A stretch of DNA of 64,000 bases from Candidatus Omnitrophota bacterium (GTDB lineage: Bacteria > Omnitrophota > Gorgyraeia > Zapsychrales > Fredricksoniimonadaceae). The translations under genes and the position numbers were made by a program. Below are positions 26,853 to 36,567 of the stretch, piece after piece. Location of the stretch: positions 69,428 through 133,427 of the forward strand of contig JBGAJA010000003.1 of the NCBI GenBank assembly GCA_044225175.1, given 5' to 3'. The stretch's first letter is position 1. Each line of letters begins with the position of its first letter. The notes below the pieces were generated by a model. The model was not told where the DNA came from. It saw only the letters and a list, made by a program, of their open reading frames with translations, and did no database searches.

Positions 26853-28322
26853 ATGAAAATAAAAATAATATCTAATGATCGAGCAAGCATACTGATGTTG
26901 TGCATTATGGTAGTGGCCATGCTTGTAAGCTTTGGAGGTGCTTTTATGCTTTTAAGCTTAGGCGAGGCCAGGGTGGTTGAAAGAGGGCGGATCAACACGA
27001 TTGCTTTTAATATCGCTGAAGCTGGACTTGAACAGGCTATGTATGCAGTCAGGGCAGATTTTTTAAATGATCGAAGCTGGAGTACGGTGACGGTGGGTTC
27101 CACATATACGCCGTCGACGGCAAACTGGACCGATATTTATTCTGGCGTCAGCTTAAACGGTGGAACATATACTTCTTCCATTAAGGCCACAGAGCAACCA
27201 CAAGAGCTCTGGCTTCAATCTACAGGAACTTATAGCGGCCAAACCCAGACAATCAGGACTTATGTCAAAATGGTCAGCTCTTCTCCTTGGGACAATGCCA
27301 TTTTTACTGGGTCGGGTTTTATGGGTGCTGCGGTCAACGGGAACGTCAATATTAGAGGTTCTGTCGTTATTCTAGGGACGGGACTCAAAAGTACTGATCA
27401 TGCCATTGATCTAGGAGGGACGGCGGAGCTTGTGGGCAATAATTACAATACTTTACCAGATTCAATTTTGCCAAAAATTCCTGCCTTACCAACCATAGTT
27501 TTTGGTAATGAGACGATATCAACGCTTAATGCAACTTTGCGTGTTAAACGGGGCAAGGTAGCACTGAGTGGATCATCTGCCGTTGGAGAAGCAAATGTCA
27601 TCGGCAACAGTGTCAAAGAAACAGTTGACGGTGTGTATGTTACAGATGGTTTTGCAGGCAACCAAGGAAGTGCCAATGTCCATTCAGATAATGGTTGGTC
27701 CAACGCTTTTGATCTTTCCAATGTTGTTTTCCCAACTTTAGGCTGCGGAGCCACGTATTGTGATGGGTATTACACATCCTCAACAGGATATAACTCCGAT
27801 GCTGTTATTATTAATGGAAATGTTAACATTACTCCGACGACCACGATTGCCCCGGTCACTAGCGGATCAAACAGTTTTAGGGTAGACAATGGCAATATTA
27901 CTATTGTCGGCAAGGTTTATATTAAAGGGACTTTATCCATGAATAAGTCTGGTCCTAATAAAACCGTTACTTATAGTGGGAACGGTTCTATTTTAACTTC
28001 TGGCACTGTCCAGATTAATGCTGACTTACTGACCAACGGCGATAATTCCTACCCAACAAATGTTATGGCTATTATGACTCCAGCGTCTGTTTTCTTTAAT
28101 GAAGCGAATATTAATGTGATGGGGTTATTTTATGGTGGGACAAATATAATTGTACAAAAGCAGACCAATATTATAGGAACACTCGTTTCGAATTGGGTTA
28201 GTGTGGGACAAAACGTTCCTTCTGTATATCAGGTTCCCGATACCGCCAACCATTTGCCAGCAGGTCTTATCGGTGCAGACTCAGGATGGTCTTTAAGGGT
28301 AGTATCTTGGCAGAAGATGTGA
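26853..28322 (+). CDS. PilX-like minor pilin with large beta-rich domain
   Basis: RASILML hydrophobic N-terminus without E5, AFNIAEAGLE, C-terminal VVSWQK. Confidence 0.8.
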   Translation: MKIKIISNDRASILMLCIMVVAMLVSFGGAFMLLSLGEARVVERGRINTIAFNIAEAGLEQAMYAVRADFLNDRSWSTVTVGSTYTPSTANWTDIYSGVSLNGGTYTSSIKATEQPQELWLQSTGTYSGQTQTIRTYVKMVSSSPWDNAIFTGSGFMGAAVNGNVNIRGSVVILGTGLKSTDHAIDLGGTAELVGNNYNTLPDSILPKIPALPTIVFGNETISTLNATLRVKRGKVALSGSSAVGEANVIGNSVKETVDGVYVTDGFAGNQGSANVHSDNGWSNAFDLSNVVFPTLGCGATYCDGYYTSSTGYNSDAVIINGNVNITPTTTIAPVTSGSNSFRVDNGNITIVGKVYIKGTLSMNKSGPNKTVTYSGNGSILTSGTVQINADLLTNGDNSYPTNVMAIMTPASVFFNEANINVMGLFYGGTNIIVQKQTNIIGTLVSNWVSVGQNVPSVYQVPDTANHLPAGLIGADSGWSLRVVSWQKM

Positions 28323-28343
28323 CCAGCGACCCTATGATTTTAC

Positions 28344-28381
28344 AAGCCTCTGTAACTTAAGAAGTTGCAGAGGTTTTATTT
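28344..28381 (+). terminator. terminator hairpin of the TAAC/GTT family
   Basis: CCTCTGTAAC-TTAAGAA-GTTGCAGAGG plus T-tract; preceded by CCAGCGACCC. Confidence 0.7.
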
Positions 28382-28533
28382 GATTATCGACTAGAAGAAA
28401 ACATTGAGACCCTTTTTGCCTATCGGCTGAAGGGCTTTTTTATGATTTTAATTATGTTTTAACCTTCTCTTAATTCGGTGGAACTTATACTTTTTAATGA
28501 TATTTAATCTAGGATTAAAAAAGGAGATAAAAT

Positions 28534-29196
28534 ATGGCATTACAAACAACGATTCGAGAAGAGGTAACCGTCGTGAACGAATTACCTCGAGTGGTATGGG
28601 GTGCAGTTTTGGCTGGGGGAGTAATCGTTATAGCAATTGAACTAGCATTAGGTTTATTAGGGGCTGGTATTGGTTTAAGTTTAACAAATCCAGCCAGAGA
28701 TCCAGAGCATGTCAAAGCATTAGGGATCAGTGCCGTCATCTGGTGGTTTTCAAGCAGCTTAGTTGCAATATATATTGGTTCATGGGTGGCCGGTCATTTT
28801 GCTCGCAACCATGGTGGTTTTCATGGACTATTAGTGTGGGCCCTTAAAGCTGTGCTTATGTTCGTATTTTTGGCCACGTCGGTTGGAGTAATATCGGGTG
28901 GAGTATTTGCGCTTACTAATCCTAACTCTACAGCCGATGACATTAGGATTACGACTCAGTCTTTGGATGATTCGAATTTAAGCGCGGAACAAAAAAGACA
29001 AGAATTGGTCAATGCTACTGCACTTAATACACAAATGAATTCGGAAGAAGCTAAAGCCGCTGCCGCAAAGGCAGCCAAGAAGGCTGCACAGATGTCTTTA
29101 TTAGCATTCTCGATATTGGGGCTTGGTGCCATCGTTTCTTCTGCTGGAGGAGCCCATGGAGCTAGAGATGCGCAAAAAGAAGTTGCCTTCTTTTAA
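28534..29196 (+). CDS. membrane protein (YrzE/PhnA-like stress family)
   Basis: VVWGAVLAG, LGLLGAGIGL, HGLLVWAL; AGGAG RBS. Confidence 0.7.
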   Translation: MALQTTIREEVTVVNELPRVVWGAVLAGGVIVIAIELALGLLGAGIGLSLTNPARDPEHVKALGISAVIWWFSSSLVAIYIGSWVAGHFARNHGGFHGLLVWALKAVLMFVFLATSVGVISGGVFALTNPNSTADDIRITTQSLDDSNLSAEQKRQELVNATALNTQMNSEEAKAAAAKAAKKAAQMSLLAFSILGLGAIVSSAGGAHGARDAQKEVAFF

Positions 29197-29254
29197 TGAA
29201 TGAAAGATTGGGAAGACAGGCTTTGTACTTAAAATAGTTACAGGGCAGCAGCTC

Positions 29255-29374
29255 GGATTAGCCATTGTTCAACGCATCATCCGGCGTCATAATGGAAAAA
29301 TTTGGGCTGAAGGCCATATTGGTCAAGGAGCCAAATTTTCTTTTGCCTTGCCTATAAAAGTGGGGAGATACTGA
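29255..29374 (+). pseudogene. histidine kinase HATPase_c C-terminal remnant
   Basis: [39 protein letters not shown] with no start or upstream domain. Confidence 0.75.
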
Positions 29375-29451
29375 TAGGTTTATTTTATATTCTTTGACTG
29401 CCTTCTTAGATCAGAGTAGTATTCCTTAAGCTTCAATTAACAGGGAGGAAT

Positions 29452-29985
29452 ATGATGATCAAGACATCGGTAGTTTTCTTATTGGCGATATTACTTACCG
29501 GCTGTGCTCACACACGTCCTCCCTTAAAGACTGTTGATCAAGTAGACCTGAAACGTTATATGGGGCCTTGGTATGTGATCGCTTGTATTCCAACCTTTAT
29601 TGAAACTAAAGCTTACAATGCTATCGAAGAATATCAGCTGCTCCCAGATGGTACCATTGATACCGTTTTTACTTTTAATAATGGTAGTTTTGAAGGGCCC
29701 AAGAAACGATTTAATCCGCATGGGTTTGTTGTAGATAAGATTAATAACTCAACTTGGGGAATGCAGTTTATCTGGCCTTTCAAAGCAGAATTTCTTATTA
29801 CCTACCTCACGCCAGACTATAGCCAAACTATTATCGGCCGCAATAAACGTGATTATTTCTGGATTCAAGCCCGCACTCCTCAAATTTCAGATGATGATTA
29901 TCAAAGTTTGCTTATGATGTTGAAGGCTCAAGGATATGACATTACTAAGGTTCGTAAGGTTCCTCAGCATTGGCCCAATAAGTAA
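29452..29985 (+). CDS. blc: lipocalin lipoprotein
   Basis: Lipobox LTGC; VDLKRYMGPWYVIA, MQFIWPFKA, WIQARTP. Confidence 0.88.
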   Translation: MMIKTSVVFLLAILLTGCAHTRPPLKTVDQVDLKRYMGPWYVIACIPTFIETKAYNAIEEYQLLPDGTIDTVFTFNNGSFEGPKKRFNPHGFVVDKINNSTWGMQFIWPFKAEFLITYLTPDYSQTIIGRNKRDYFWIQARTPQISDDDYQSLLMMLKAQGYDITKVRKVPQHWPNK

Positions 29986-30021
29986 TAAGTTTGCATTAGG
30001 AAATTCGGAGTCCACAAAAGA

Positions 30022-30612
30022 ATGACACTCTACAAAGTGATTTATATTCTTTTGTTAACAGTGATCCTGTGGATAGGAAACCTTGAATTATCCTATGCGT
30101 CAAATACTATTGAATTTGGACCTAAAGAAACAAAAATCAATGGCTCAATCAAATATTCTGTGGTGGGGAAATACCAAGCGTCTTTTGATCATTTTAAAGG
30201 CAAGATTGCCATTGATGAGAAATCTTACACTGTACAATCCGTTGAATTAGAGATTCAAGTTTCAAGTATTCGTTCGAATTGCAGTTGGTGTGATAAAATC
30301 GTTTGTTCCAAAAGATTGTTATACACAGAGAAATATCCCGAAATCATATTTAAAAGCAATGCCATTATAAAAGACGGATCTGGTTATCATGTCCGAGGTG
30401 TATTAAAGATGCATGGCGTCGAAAAATCTATGACCTTTCCTTTTAAGGCTAACATCATCGAAGATCATGGTCAGAAGTTTCTCGATTTATCCGGCAATTG
30501 GGAGATTTACCGTAAAGATTTCGGAATCATTTGGAATGCCCTACTAGATCAAGGCGGTGTCCTTGTTGGGAATAATGTTAATGTTCAGTGGGCGATAAGG
30601 AGGGCTTTATGA
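30022..30612 (+). CDS. YceI family protein
   Basis: Signal peptide; FKGKI, KYPEIIFKS, GVLKMHGVEK, RKDFGI. Confidence 0.85.
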   Translation: MTLYKVIYILLLTVILWIGNLELSYASNTIEFGPKETKINGSIKYSVVGKYQASFDHFKGKIAIDEKSYTVQSVELEIQVSSIRSNCSWCDKIVCSKRLLYTEKYPEIIFKSNAIIKDGSGYHVRGVLKMHGVEKSMTFPFKANIIEDHGQKFLDLSGNWEIYRKDFGIIWNALLDQGGVLVGNNVNVQWAIRRAL

Positions 30613-30968
30613 GCGCAGTATCAATTGTAATTTTAAGCAGCTTAATTTTATGCTCTTCTGTCTCGTATGCCCAGAATATGCCTGTTAAGAAATTATCACG
30701 AGGATTTGTCAATATTGTGACTGCACCCATTGAGATTCCTAAACAAGCTCGCGCCTATTGGATTAAAGGGGCACAAAAGACTCCGCACATCTTGGCGTGG
30801 ATTGGCTGTGGTGTGGTATGGGGAGGAGTGCAAGTAATTAAAAGAACAGGCTCTGGAATATGGGATGTGATTAGTTTTCCATTCTCTAAACCTGCAAATT
30901 ATGAACCGTTATTAAAGCCTAATTTCGTTTTTCAAGAATGGCCTAGAAATCCTAATAGTGGGCGTTAA
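30609..30968 (+). CDS. exosortase-associated (TIGR04073-like) protein
   Basis: KKLSRGFVNIVTAPIEIP...RTGSGIWDVISFPF...YEPLLKP. Confidence 0.65.
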   Translation: MSAVSIVILSSLILCSSVSYAQNMPVKKLSRGFVNIVTAPIEIPKQARAYWIKGAQKTPHILAWIGCGVVWGGVQVIKRTGSGIWDVISFPFSKPANYEPLLKPNFVFQEWPRNPNSGR

Positions 30969-30974
30969 TTTAAA

Positions 30975-32990
30975 ATGAAAACTAAGAAAATCATCGTATT
31001 AGGTGCTACAGGTTACGTGGGAGGAAGACTTGTTGCTAAGCTGCTTGAAGAAGGATATCAAGTTAGAGCAACAGGGCGCTCTAAGGAGAAATTAAAAAGC
31101 AGATTCTGGGCTGATCATCCGCAAGTCGAATTATTTGATGCTGATGTTCAAAACTTGGATTCCTTGCGTAAGGCTCTTAAAGACATGGATATTGCCTACT
31201 ACCTTGTTCATTCCATGAATCCACAGAGTTCTGATTTCGAAGAAGCAGATCGACTCGCTGCGAACAACATGATTAAAATCTCCCAAGAATGTAACGTTAA
31301 AAGAATTATTTATTTGGGAGGCTTAGGTGAAGATAACCCACAATTAAGCAAACATTTAAAATCCCGCCATGAAGTTTGCGAAATACTAAACTCTGGTCCT
31401 GTTCCAGTTACAACGTTAAGAGCAGCCATGATTATTGGTTCTGGTAGTGCTTCTTTTGAAATTTTAAGATATCTAGTTGAACGTCTTCCAATCATGATTA
31501 CCCCTCGCTGGGTCAACACCCCCAATCAACCGATTGGCATTCGAAACGTCATAGAGTATCTTTGTGGCTGCGCGCAAAAAGATGAAACATCAGGGCAAAC
31601 GTACGATATTGGTGGTAAAGAAATTCTTTCGTATTTGGAATTGATGAAGATTTATGCGGACGTTGCGGGTTTAGCCCCAAGAATCTTTATTCAAGTACCC
31701 ATCTTAACCCCTCGATTAAGTTCTCTATGGATTCATTTGGTAACACCCGTGCCCAGCTATATCGCACGACCTTTAGCTGAAGGATTAAGAAATCCAGTCA
31801 TTTGTAAAGATCTTCGTATCAGAGAAATTATTCCTCAAGATTTATTGGATTGCAAAGAGGCGATAACACGAGCCTTACATCTTGTTCATCTTAATGATGT
31901 TAAAACGTACTGGGCGGATGCAGGAAAGGTCCCTCAAATTGCTATAGCGCAAAGGGGAGATCCCAACTGGGCAGGAGGAACGCTCTTACAGGATAAAAGA
32001 ACGCGAATTGTCAAAGCTTCTAAAGAAAGAATATGGGAGGTGATTTCTCATATTGGTGGTGAAACAGGTTGGTATCATGGAACGTGGCTATGGGGGCTTC
32101 GAGGTTCTCTTGATCGACTCGTGGGTGGTGTAGGTTCTTCCCGAGGACGAAGAAATGCGGTAGAAATAGCCGTGGGTGATGTACTCGATTTTTGGCGAGT
32201 GATCGGTGTAAAAAATAATGAGTCCTTAACCCTTGCTGCAGAAATGAAGGTTCCAGGAATAGCTACTTTAGATTTTCAGATCAAAGAAATTGATGCTACG
32301 ACTTGCGAGCTTACTCAACATGCCCGTTTTAGACCCAGAGGATTATTTGGTTTAGTGTATTGGTATTGCTTGGTTCCACTTCACGAATATATCTTTGGGG
32401 GAATGATTAAGAAGGTAGCTGTTCTTTCCACCAAAAAGATACTCGTTATTATTTTCTTAACAGCTTTTTTAAGTATGTCTCCGGCTTGGGCTTATAAAAT
32501 TGGTCCGGTAGAATTTAACGAGAAATATAATAGAGATTCGAACGCATTGTCTTTAAGAGGAGCTGGGCTTAAGAAATTCTTAGGAATACAAGTTGTGGCA
32601 GCAGCGCTTTATATGCCTGAGAATATTTCATCAGCAGACGCTCTGTCTGATTGTCCCAAACGTCTGGAAGTTGTCTATCTTCAGAATATTCCCAAGCAAG
32701 AGCTCCAACGAGCAACGGTTAAAGGTATTCGTAGCAATGTAAGCAAAAATGAATATGGTATTCTGGAACCAAAGATCAATCTTATTAATAATGCTTACAC
32801 CGACGTGCGAAAAGGGGATAGGATTTCAATTGCTTATATTCCATCAAAAGGTTTACAAATTACTGTTAATAGCGATGATAAAGGGTTTGTTGAAGGTCCT
32901 GAGATCGCCCGTGCATTTTTTGCTATTTGGTTAGGTGAACATCCGGTAGATCCTGTAATTAAAGATCTTCTCTTGGGAGGAAAGAAATGA
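30975..32990 (+). CDS. YbjT-like SDR/DUF2867 protein fused to a chalcone-isomerase-like domain
   Basis: GATGYVGG, YYLVHSM, IIGSGSASFE, LAAEMKVPG; then a hydrophobic linker and LRGAGLKKFLGIQV...AFFAIWLGEHPVD. Confidence 0.85.
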   Translation: MKTKKIIVLGATGYVGGRLVAKLLEEGYQVRATGRSKEKLKSRFWADHPQVELFDADVQNLDSLRKALKDMDIAYYLVHSMNPQSSDFEEADRLAANNMIKISQECNVKRIIYLGGLGEDNPQLSKHLKSRHEVCEILNSGPVPVTTLRAAMIIGSGSASFEILRYLVERLPIMITPRWVNTPNQPIGIRNVIEYLCGCAQKDETSGQTYDIGGKEILSYLELMKIYADVAGLAPRIFIQVPILTPRLSSLWIHLVTPVPSYIARPLAEGLRNPVICKDLRIREIIPQDLLDCKEAITRALHLVHLNDVKTYWADAGKVPQIAIAQRGDPNWAGGTLLQDKRTRIVKASKERIWEVISHIGGETGWYHGTWLWGLRGSLDRLVGGVGSSRGRRNAVEIAVGDVLDFWRVIGVKNNESLTLAAEMKVPGIATLDFQIKEIDATTCELTQHARFRPRGLFGLVYWYCLVPLHEYIFGGMIKKVAVLSTKKILVIIFLTAFLSMSPAWAYKIGPVEFNEKYNRDSNALSLRGAGLKKFLGIQVVAAALYMPENISSADALSDCPKRLEVVYLQNIPKQELQRATVKGIRSNVSKNEYGILEPKINLINNAYTDVRKGDRISIAYIPSKGLQITVNSDDKGFVEGPEIARAFFAIWLGEHPVDPVIKDLLLGGKK

Positions 32991-33538
32991 GTCAAATGTT
33001 TAAGGCAAGAGACATTGCGCTTTTATTGTTCTCCATTATGGTCATTTATTTCTTGGCGCCATCCTTAGATCGCAATCAAGGCATTTATGTTAGTACGATG
33101 TTTGCCATTATTAACATTTGTTCTGCTCGTCCCCTCTGGGATAAACCCCATCGTATCAAATATTTGAGTTATGTATTTGTATCAGTGGTCACCTATTATA
33201 TTTTATTTAATGATGAGCCATGGGGTATGATTTTTCACGGCGGTTTGTTTGAGAGTTCTCCTTGGCCTTTGATTGTTTGCTCTCTACTCATGACCTTCAA
33301 TGGGTGGTTATTATTTAATAATTGGCGCCAACGGCGTTTATATGCTTTGATCACATTGGGCATCCAAATTCCAATTGCCATTTTTATCGGCAGCCAGTAT
33401 TTGCAAGAGTCATTCACCGGTATGTCTCACGGGCTAAAATTCGTTGAGCACTATTCAGGATCCTGGCAAGTTTGGCAATTTGAATGGATGTTAACATATT
33501 ATCTTCCTATATATGCACTGAGTCGTCTCAAAGCATAA
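32987..33538 (+). CDS. hypothetical membrane protein
   Basis: ATGA overlap with the upstream gene; several TM segments. Confidence 0.6.
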   Translation: MSQMFKARDIALLLFSIMVIYFLAPSLDRNQGIYVSTMFAIINICSARPLWDKPHRIKYLSYVFVSVVTYYILFNDEPWGMIFHGGLFESSPWPLIVCSLLMTFNGWLLFNNWRQRRLYALITLGIQIPIAIFIGSQYLQESFTGMSHGLKFVEHYSGSWQVWQFEWMLTYYLPIYALSRLKA

Positions 33539-33668
33539 AGTCCCACCAGTGCAAAACTAAGCGTTTTTTCAATTACTTTTATAAATTACTTGAATAATGG
33601 ATTAAGTTTTGCCAATATGACTCGTTTTCAATCTACAATTTTTTACAAAATAACTAAAAGGAACTGCC

Positions 33669-36401
33669 ATTAAAGACTATATTTCTCTGACTCTCAAGGA
33701 AGATGTACGTTTTCTAACCACACTTTTAGGAGACAACATCCGCGAACAGGAAGGTGAGGCTTTCTTTAATAAGATTGAAAGCATCCGCAAGCTTGCTATC
33801 CAAATCCGCGAAGGCGGCAACAACGATAAAATTGAGACTCAACGAAAGATGATTGATTCGTTGTCGCTGGAGGAGGCTTACAAAGTTGCCCGCGCATTTA
33901 GTATTTATTTCCAGCTGGTCAATATTGCGGAGGAGCGTCAGCGTATCCGCCGTCTGCGTGAATACGCCAAAGACCAATCCAGCCTTCTTGACATGTCCCT
34001 TAGAAAAGTTTTTCATGATTTGAAAGAAATGAAAGTTCCAGCTAGTCGGATTACTGAACTTTTGGGAAACATGGAAATCGAACTTGTTCTAACCGCCCAT
34101 CCTACTGAAGCGAAACGCCATTCAGTGCTTGATCATCTATTACATATTGCTGTTGATTTAGCCAGGCTAGGAAACAATGATCTGCCTGTTATTGAACGCC
34201 ATCAAAATATCGAAAGTATCAAAGCTACGTTAGAGATTCTCTGGCAAACCTCTGAGATCCGCTTGCGTAAAGTGGAGGTGGTGGACGAAATCGATCATAC
34301 GTTGTTTTATTTCCGTCGAACTATTCTCAAACTTGTTAATAATGTTTACGATAAGGCTGTTGCTGAATTTCAGCATTCTTATGGGGATCGTGATCTTAAA
34401 TTTAAACCGTTTTTATATTTTGGTTCATGGGTGGGGGCTGACCGTGATGGGAATCCTAATGTTACGGCTGAAGTGACGAAAGAAGCAGTGCGCCGCCAGA
34501 AGGCATTGATACTGAATTTTTACCAGGATCGCATTCAAGGTTTTATCCGTGTGCTCAGTCAGTCGATGTCGCTTGCGAAAGCCAGTAAATCCCTATTAGA
34601 TTCCCTTAAAAAAGACGCACGTCTTTTGCCTGATGTGGCCAAGACGCTGGAAGGCTATGAATCCACCGAAATTTACCGCAAGAAGGTTACCTACATTCAT
34701 CGTAAACTGCATAATACATTAAGCGGCAAAGGTCATGGTTATCGATCAGCAGATGAATTTAAGGCTGATATTCTGCTCATGCAGCAAAGTCTTGAGAAAA
34801 ATAAAGGCGTATTGGCTAGTCAGTATTTTTTGAAATATTTGCTCGTGCAGGTGGAAACGTTTGGTTTTTATCTGGCGAGAATGGATTTTCGTGATCATAG
34901 CCGCAAGATTCGCCAGACGCTGGTAGAAATGTTTCCAGAAGACAATGCCATGGATAAAGATTTTCTTTTGAATCAAATTGAGCAGGAGAAAAAGAAAAGC
35001 CGCACTAAGATCTTTAGTCCTGAATCAAAAGACATTTTGGATCAATTGAAAGCCTTTCATGAAATTCAAAAGAGCGGCGGAAGTCAGTTAGTTAGCGATT
35101 ACATCATCAGCATGACGGAAAACACCAATGATATGCTGGCCCTATTTTATTTGGCCAAACGTCAGGGATTGATTAAGTTTAAAAATAAGAAAGTGGTAAA
35201 AGCTGATATCGGCATTGTTCCGTTATTTGAAGTCATTGATATTCTCGATAGTAGCCATGAAATTCTTGATGAGTTATTTTCAATTCCAATGTATCGCGAG
35301 TATCTCAAAGCGCGGGGCGATTTTCAGCAAGTGATGTTGGGATATTCTGACAGCAGTAAAGATGGTGGTTATCTTGCAGCCAACTGGAAGATTTATATCG
35401 CACAGAAAAAGCTTTTGGAGACAGCTCAAAAACATAACGTTAAACTGCAAATTTTTCATGGTAAGGGTGGCACCATTGATCGTGGAGGTGGCCAGTCTCA
35501 CAAAGCAATTTTGGCTCAGCCAGCCTCCGCCCCATTGGGACAAATTAAAATTACTGAACAGGGGGAGGTCATTTCACAAAAGTATTCCAATCCTGTTACC
35601 GCTGAACGAAATATAGAACAGCTAATAACCGCAGTCTTGTGGACAAATCTCGTCAGTCGTAAAGAAGTGAAAAATAATCCCCGCATTCCCGTTTGGGAAA
35701 AACGCCTGGAGGAGTTGTCGGCCTATTCTCTTAGTTTTTATCGACAGCTGATTGGAACTGAAGGATTTGTTGAGTTTTATAATCAGGCAACGCCGGTACA
35801 AATTTTAGAATTTGCAAAGATTGGTTCGCGTCCCGTCCGGCGAGGCAAGAGAGAATTAAAAGATCTAAGGGCTATTCCGTGGGTCTTCAGCTGGATTCAA
35901 TCCCGTTACATCATTTCATCCTGGTATGGAGTAGGATACGCTATTGAACGATTTATTGAAGAATATGGCCCAGAGGCTATTGAAGAATTACGTGAAATGT
36001 ACGCAGAGTGGCCGTATTTTAGATCGGTGATTGATAACGCGCAGATTTCGTTGGAAAAGACAGAAATGTATATTGCCGACCAGTATGGAGTGCTAGTCGA
36101 AGATAAAGTTATTCGAGACAACATCATGCAGCAGATCCATAGCGAATATAAGCGTTCAATTGAAAAGTTGATCGAGGTTTCACTTGATAAAAAATTGCTT
36201 GATTCTAAACCAATTCTTAAGAATTCAATCCGCCTGCGCAATCCGTATATCGACCCCTTACATTACATTCAAATCCGTTTCTTAAAAGAAATCCGTCAGA
36301 AAGAATTCTTGTCTCAGAACGAAAGTGTTCGCATCAAGATGTATGAAACACTCTTGCTCACGATGAATGGAATCGCAGCAGGGATGAAGAGTACAGGTTA
36401 G
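33669..36401 (+). CDS. ppc: phosphoenolpyruvate carboxylase
   Basis: VLTAHPTE, DRDGNP, VPLFE, VMLGYSDSSKDGG, TEQGE, LRAIPW, LRNPYIDPL. The conserved N-terminus (LKEDVRFLTTLLG) lies upstream of the first ATG, so the start is placed at ATT 33669. Confidence 0.93.
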   Translation: MKDYISLTLKEDVRFLTTLLGDNIREQEGEAFFNKIESIRKLAIQIREGGNNDKIETQRKMIDSLSLEEAYKVARAFSIYFQLVNIAEERQRIRRLREYAKDQSSLLDMSLRKVFHDLKEMKVPASRITELLGNMEIELVLTAHPTEAKRHSVLDHLLHIAVDLARLGNNDLPVIERHQNIESIKATLEILWQTSEIRLRKVEVVDEIDHTLFYFRRTILKLVNNVYDKAVAEFQHSYGDRDLKFKPFLYFGSWVGADRDGNPNVTAEVTKEAVRRQKALILNFYQDRIQGFIRVLSQSMSLAKASKSLLDSLKKDARLLPDVAKTLEGYESTEIYRKKVTYIHRKLHNTLSGKGHGYRSADEFKADILLMQQSLEKNKGVLASQYFLKYLLVQVETFGFYLARMDFRDHSRKIRQTLVEMFPEDNAMDKDFLLNQIEQEKKKSRTKIFSPESKDILDQLKAFHEIQKSGGSQLVSDYIISMTENTNDMLALFYLAKRQGLIKFKNKKVVKADIGIVPLFEVIDILDSSHEILDELFSIPMYREYLKARGDFQQVMLGYSDSSKDGGYLAANWKIYIAQKKLLETAQKHNVKLQIFHGKGGTIDRGGGQSHKAILAQPASAPLGQIKITEQGEVISQKYSNPVTAERNIEQLITAVLWTNLVSRKEVKNNPRIPVWEKRLEELSAYSLSFYRQLIGTEGFVEFYNQATPVQILEFAKIGSRPVRRGKRELKDLRAIPWVFSWIQSRYIISSWYGVGYAIERFIEEYGPEAIEELREMYAEWPYFRSVIDNAQISLEKTEMYIADQYGVLVEDKVIRDNIMQQIHSEYKRSIEKLIEVSLDKKLLDSKPILKNSIRLRNPYIDPLHYIQIRFLKEIRQKEFLSQNESVRIKMYETLLLTMNGIAAGMKSTG

Positions 36402-36426
36402 GAAAGATTAAGAAGACAGAGCACGG

Positions 36427-36567
36427 GTGGGTCTAATCTCTACACGTATACATGGTGTTATGGATTATACGACTGGATTATTCTTGATAGCAGTTCCATG
36501 GCTATTAGGTTTTTACTGACTATGAATTAGGCGTGAAACATAGTATTCCCATCCGCATGGCAAATTA
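36427..36567 (+). pseudogene. SPW-repeat protein remnant
   Basis: ISTRIHGVMDYTTGLFLIAVPWLLGF, then frameshifted TDYELGVKHSIP; the middle appears deleted. Confidence 0.6.

Noticed and set aside
24283-28381. TAAC...GTTA hairpins as integron attC sites
   Set aside because: Too short, no L boxes or RYYYAAC/GTTRRRY match, and no tyrosine integron integrase in the window.
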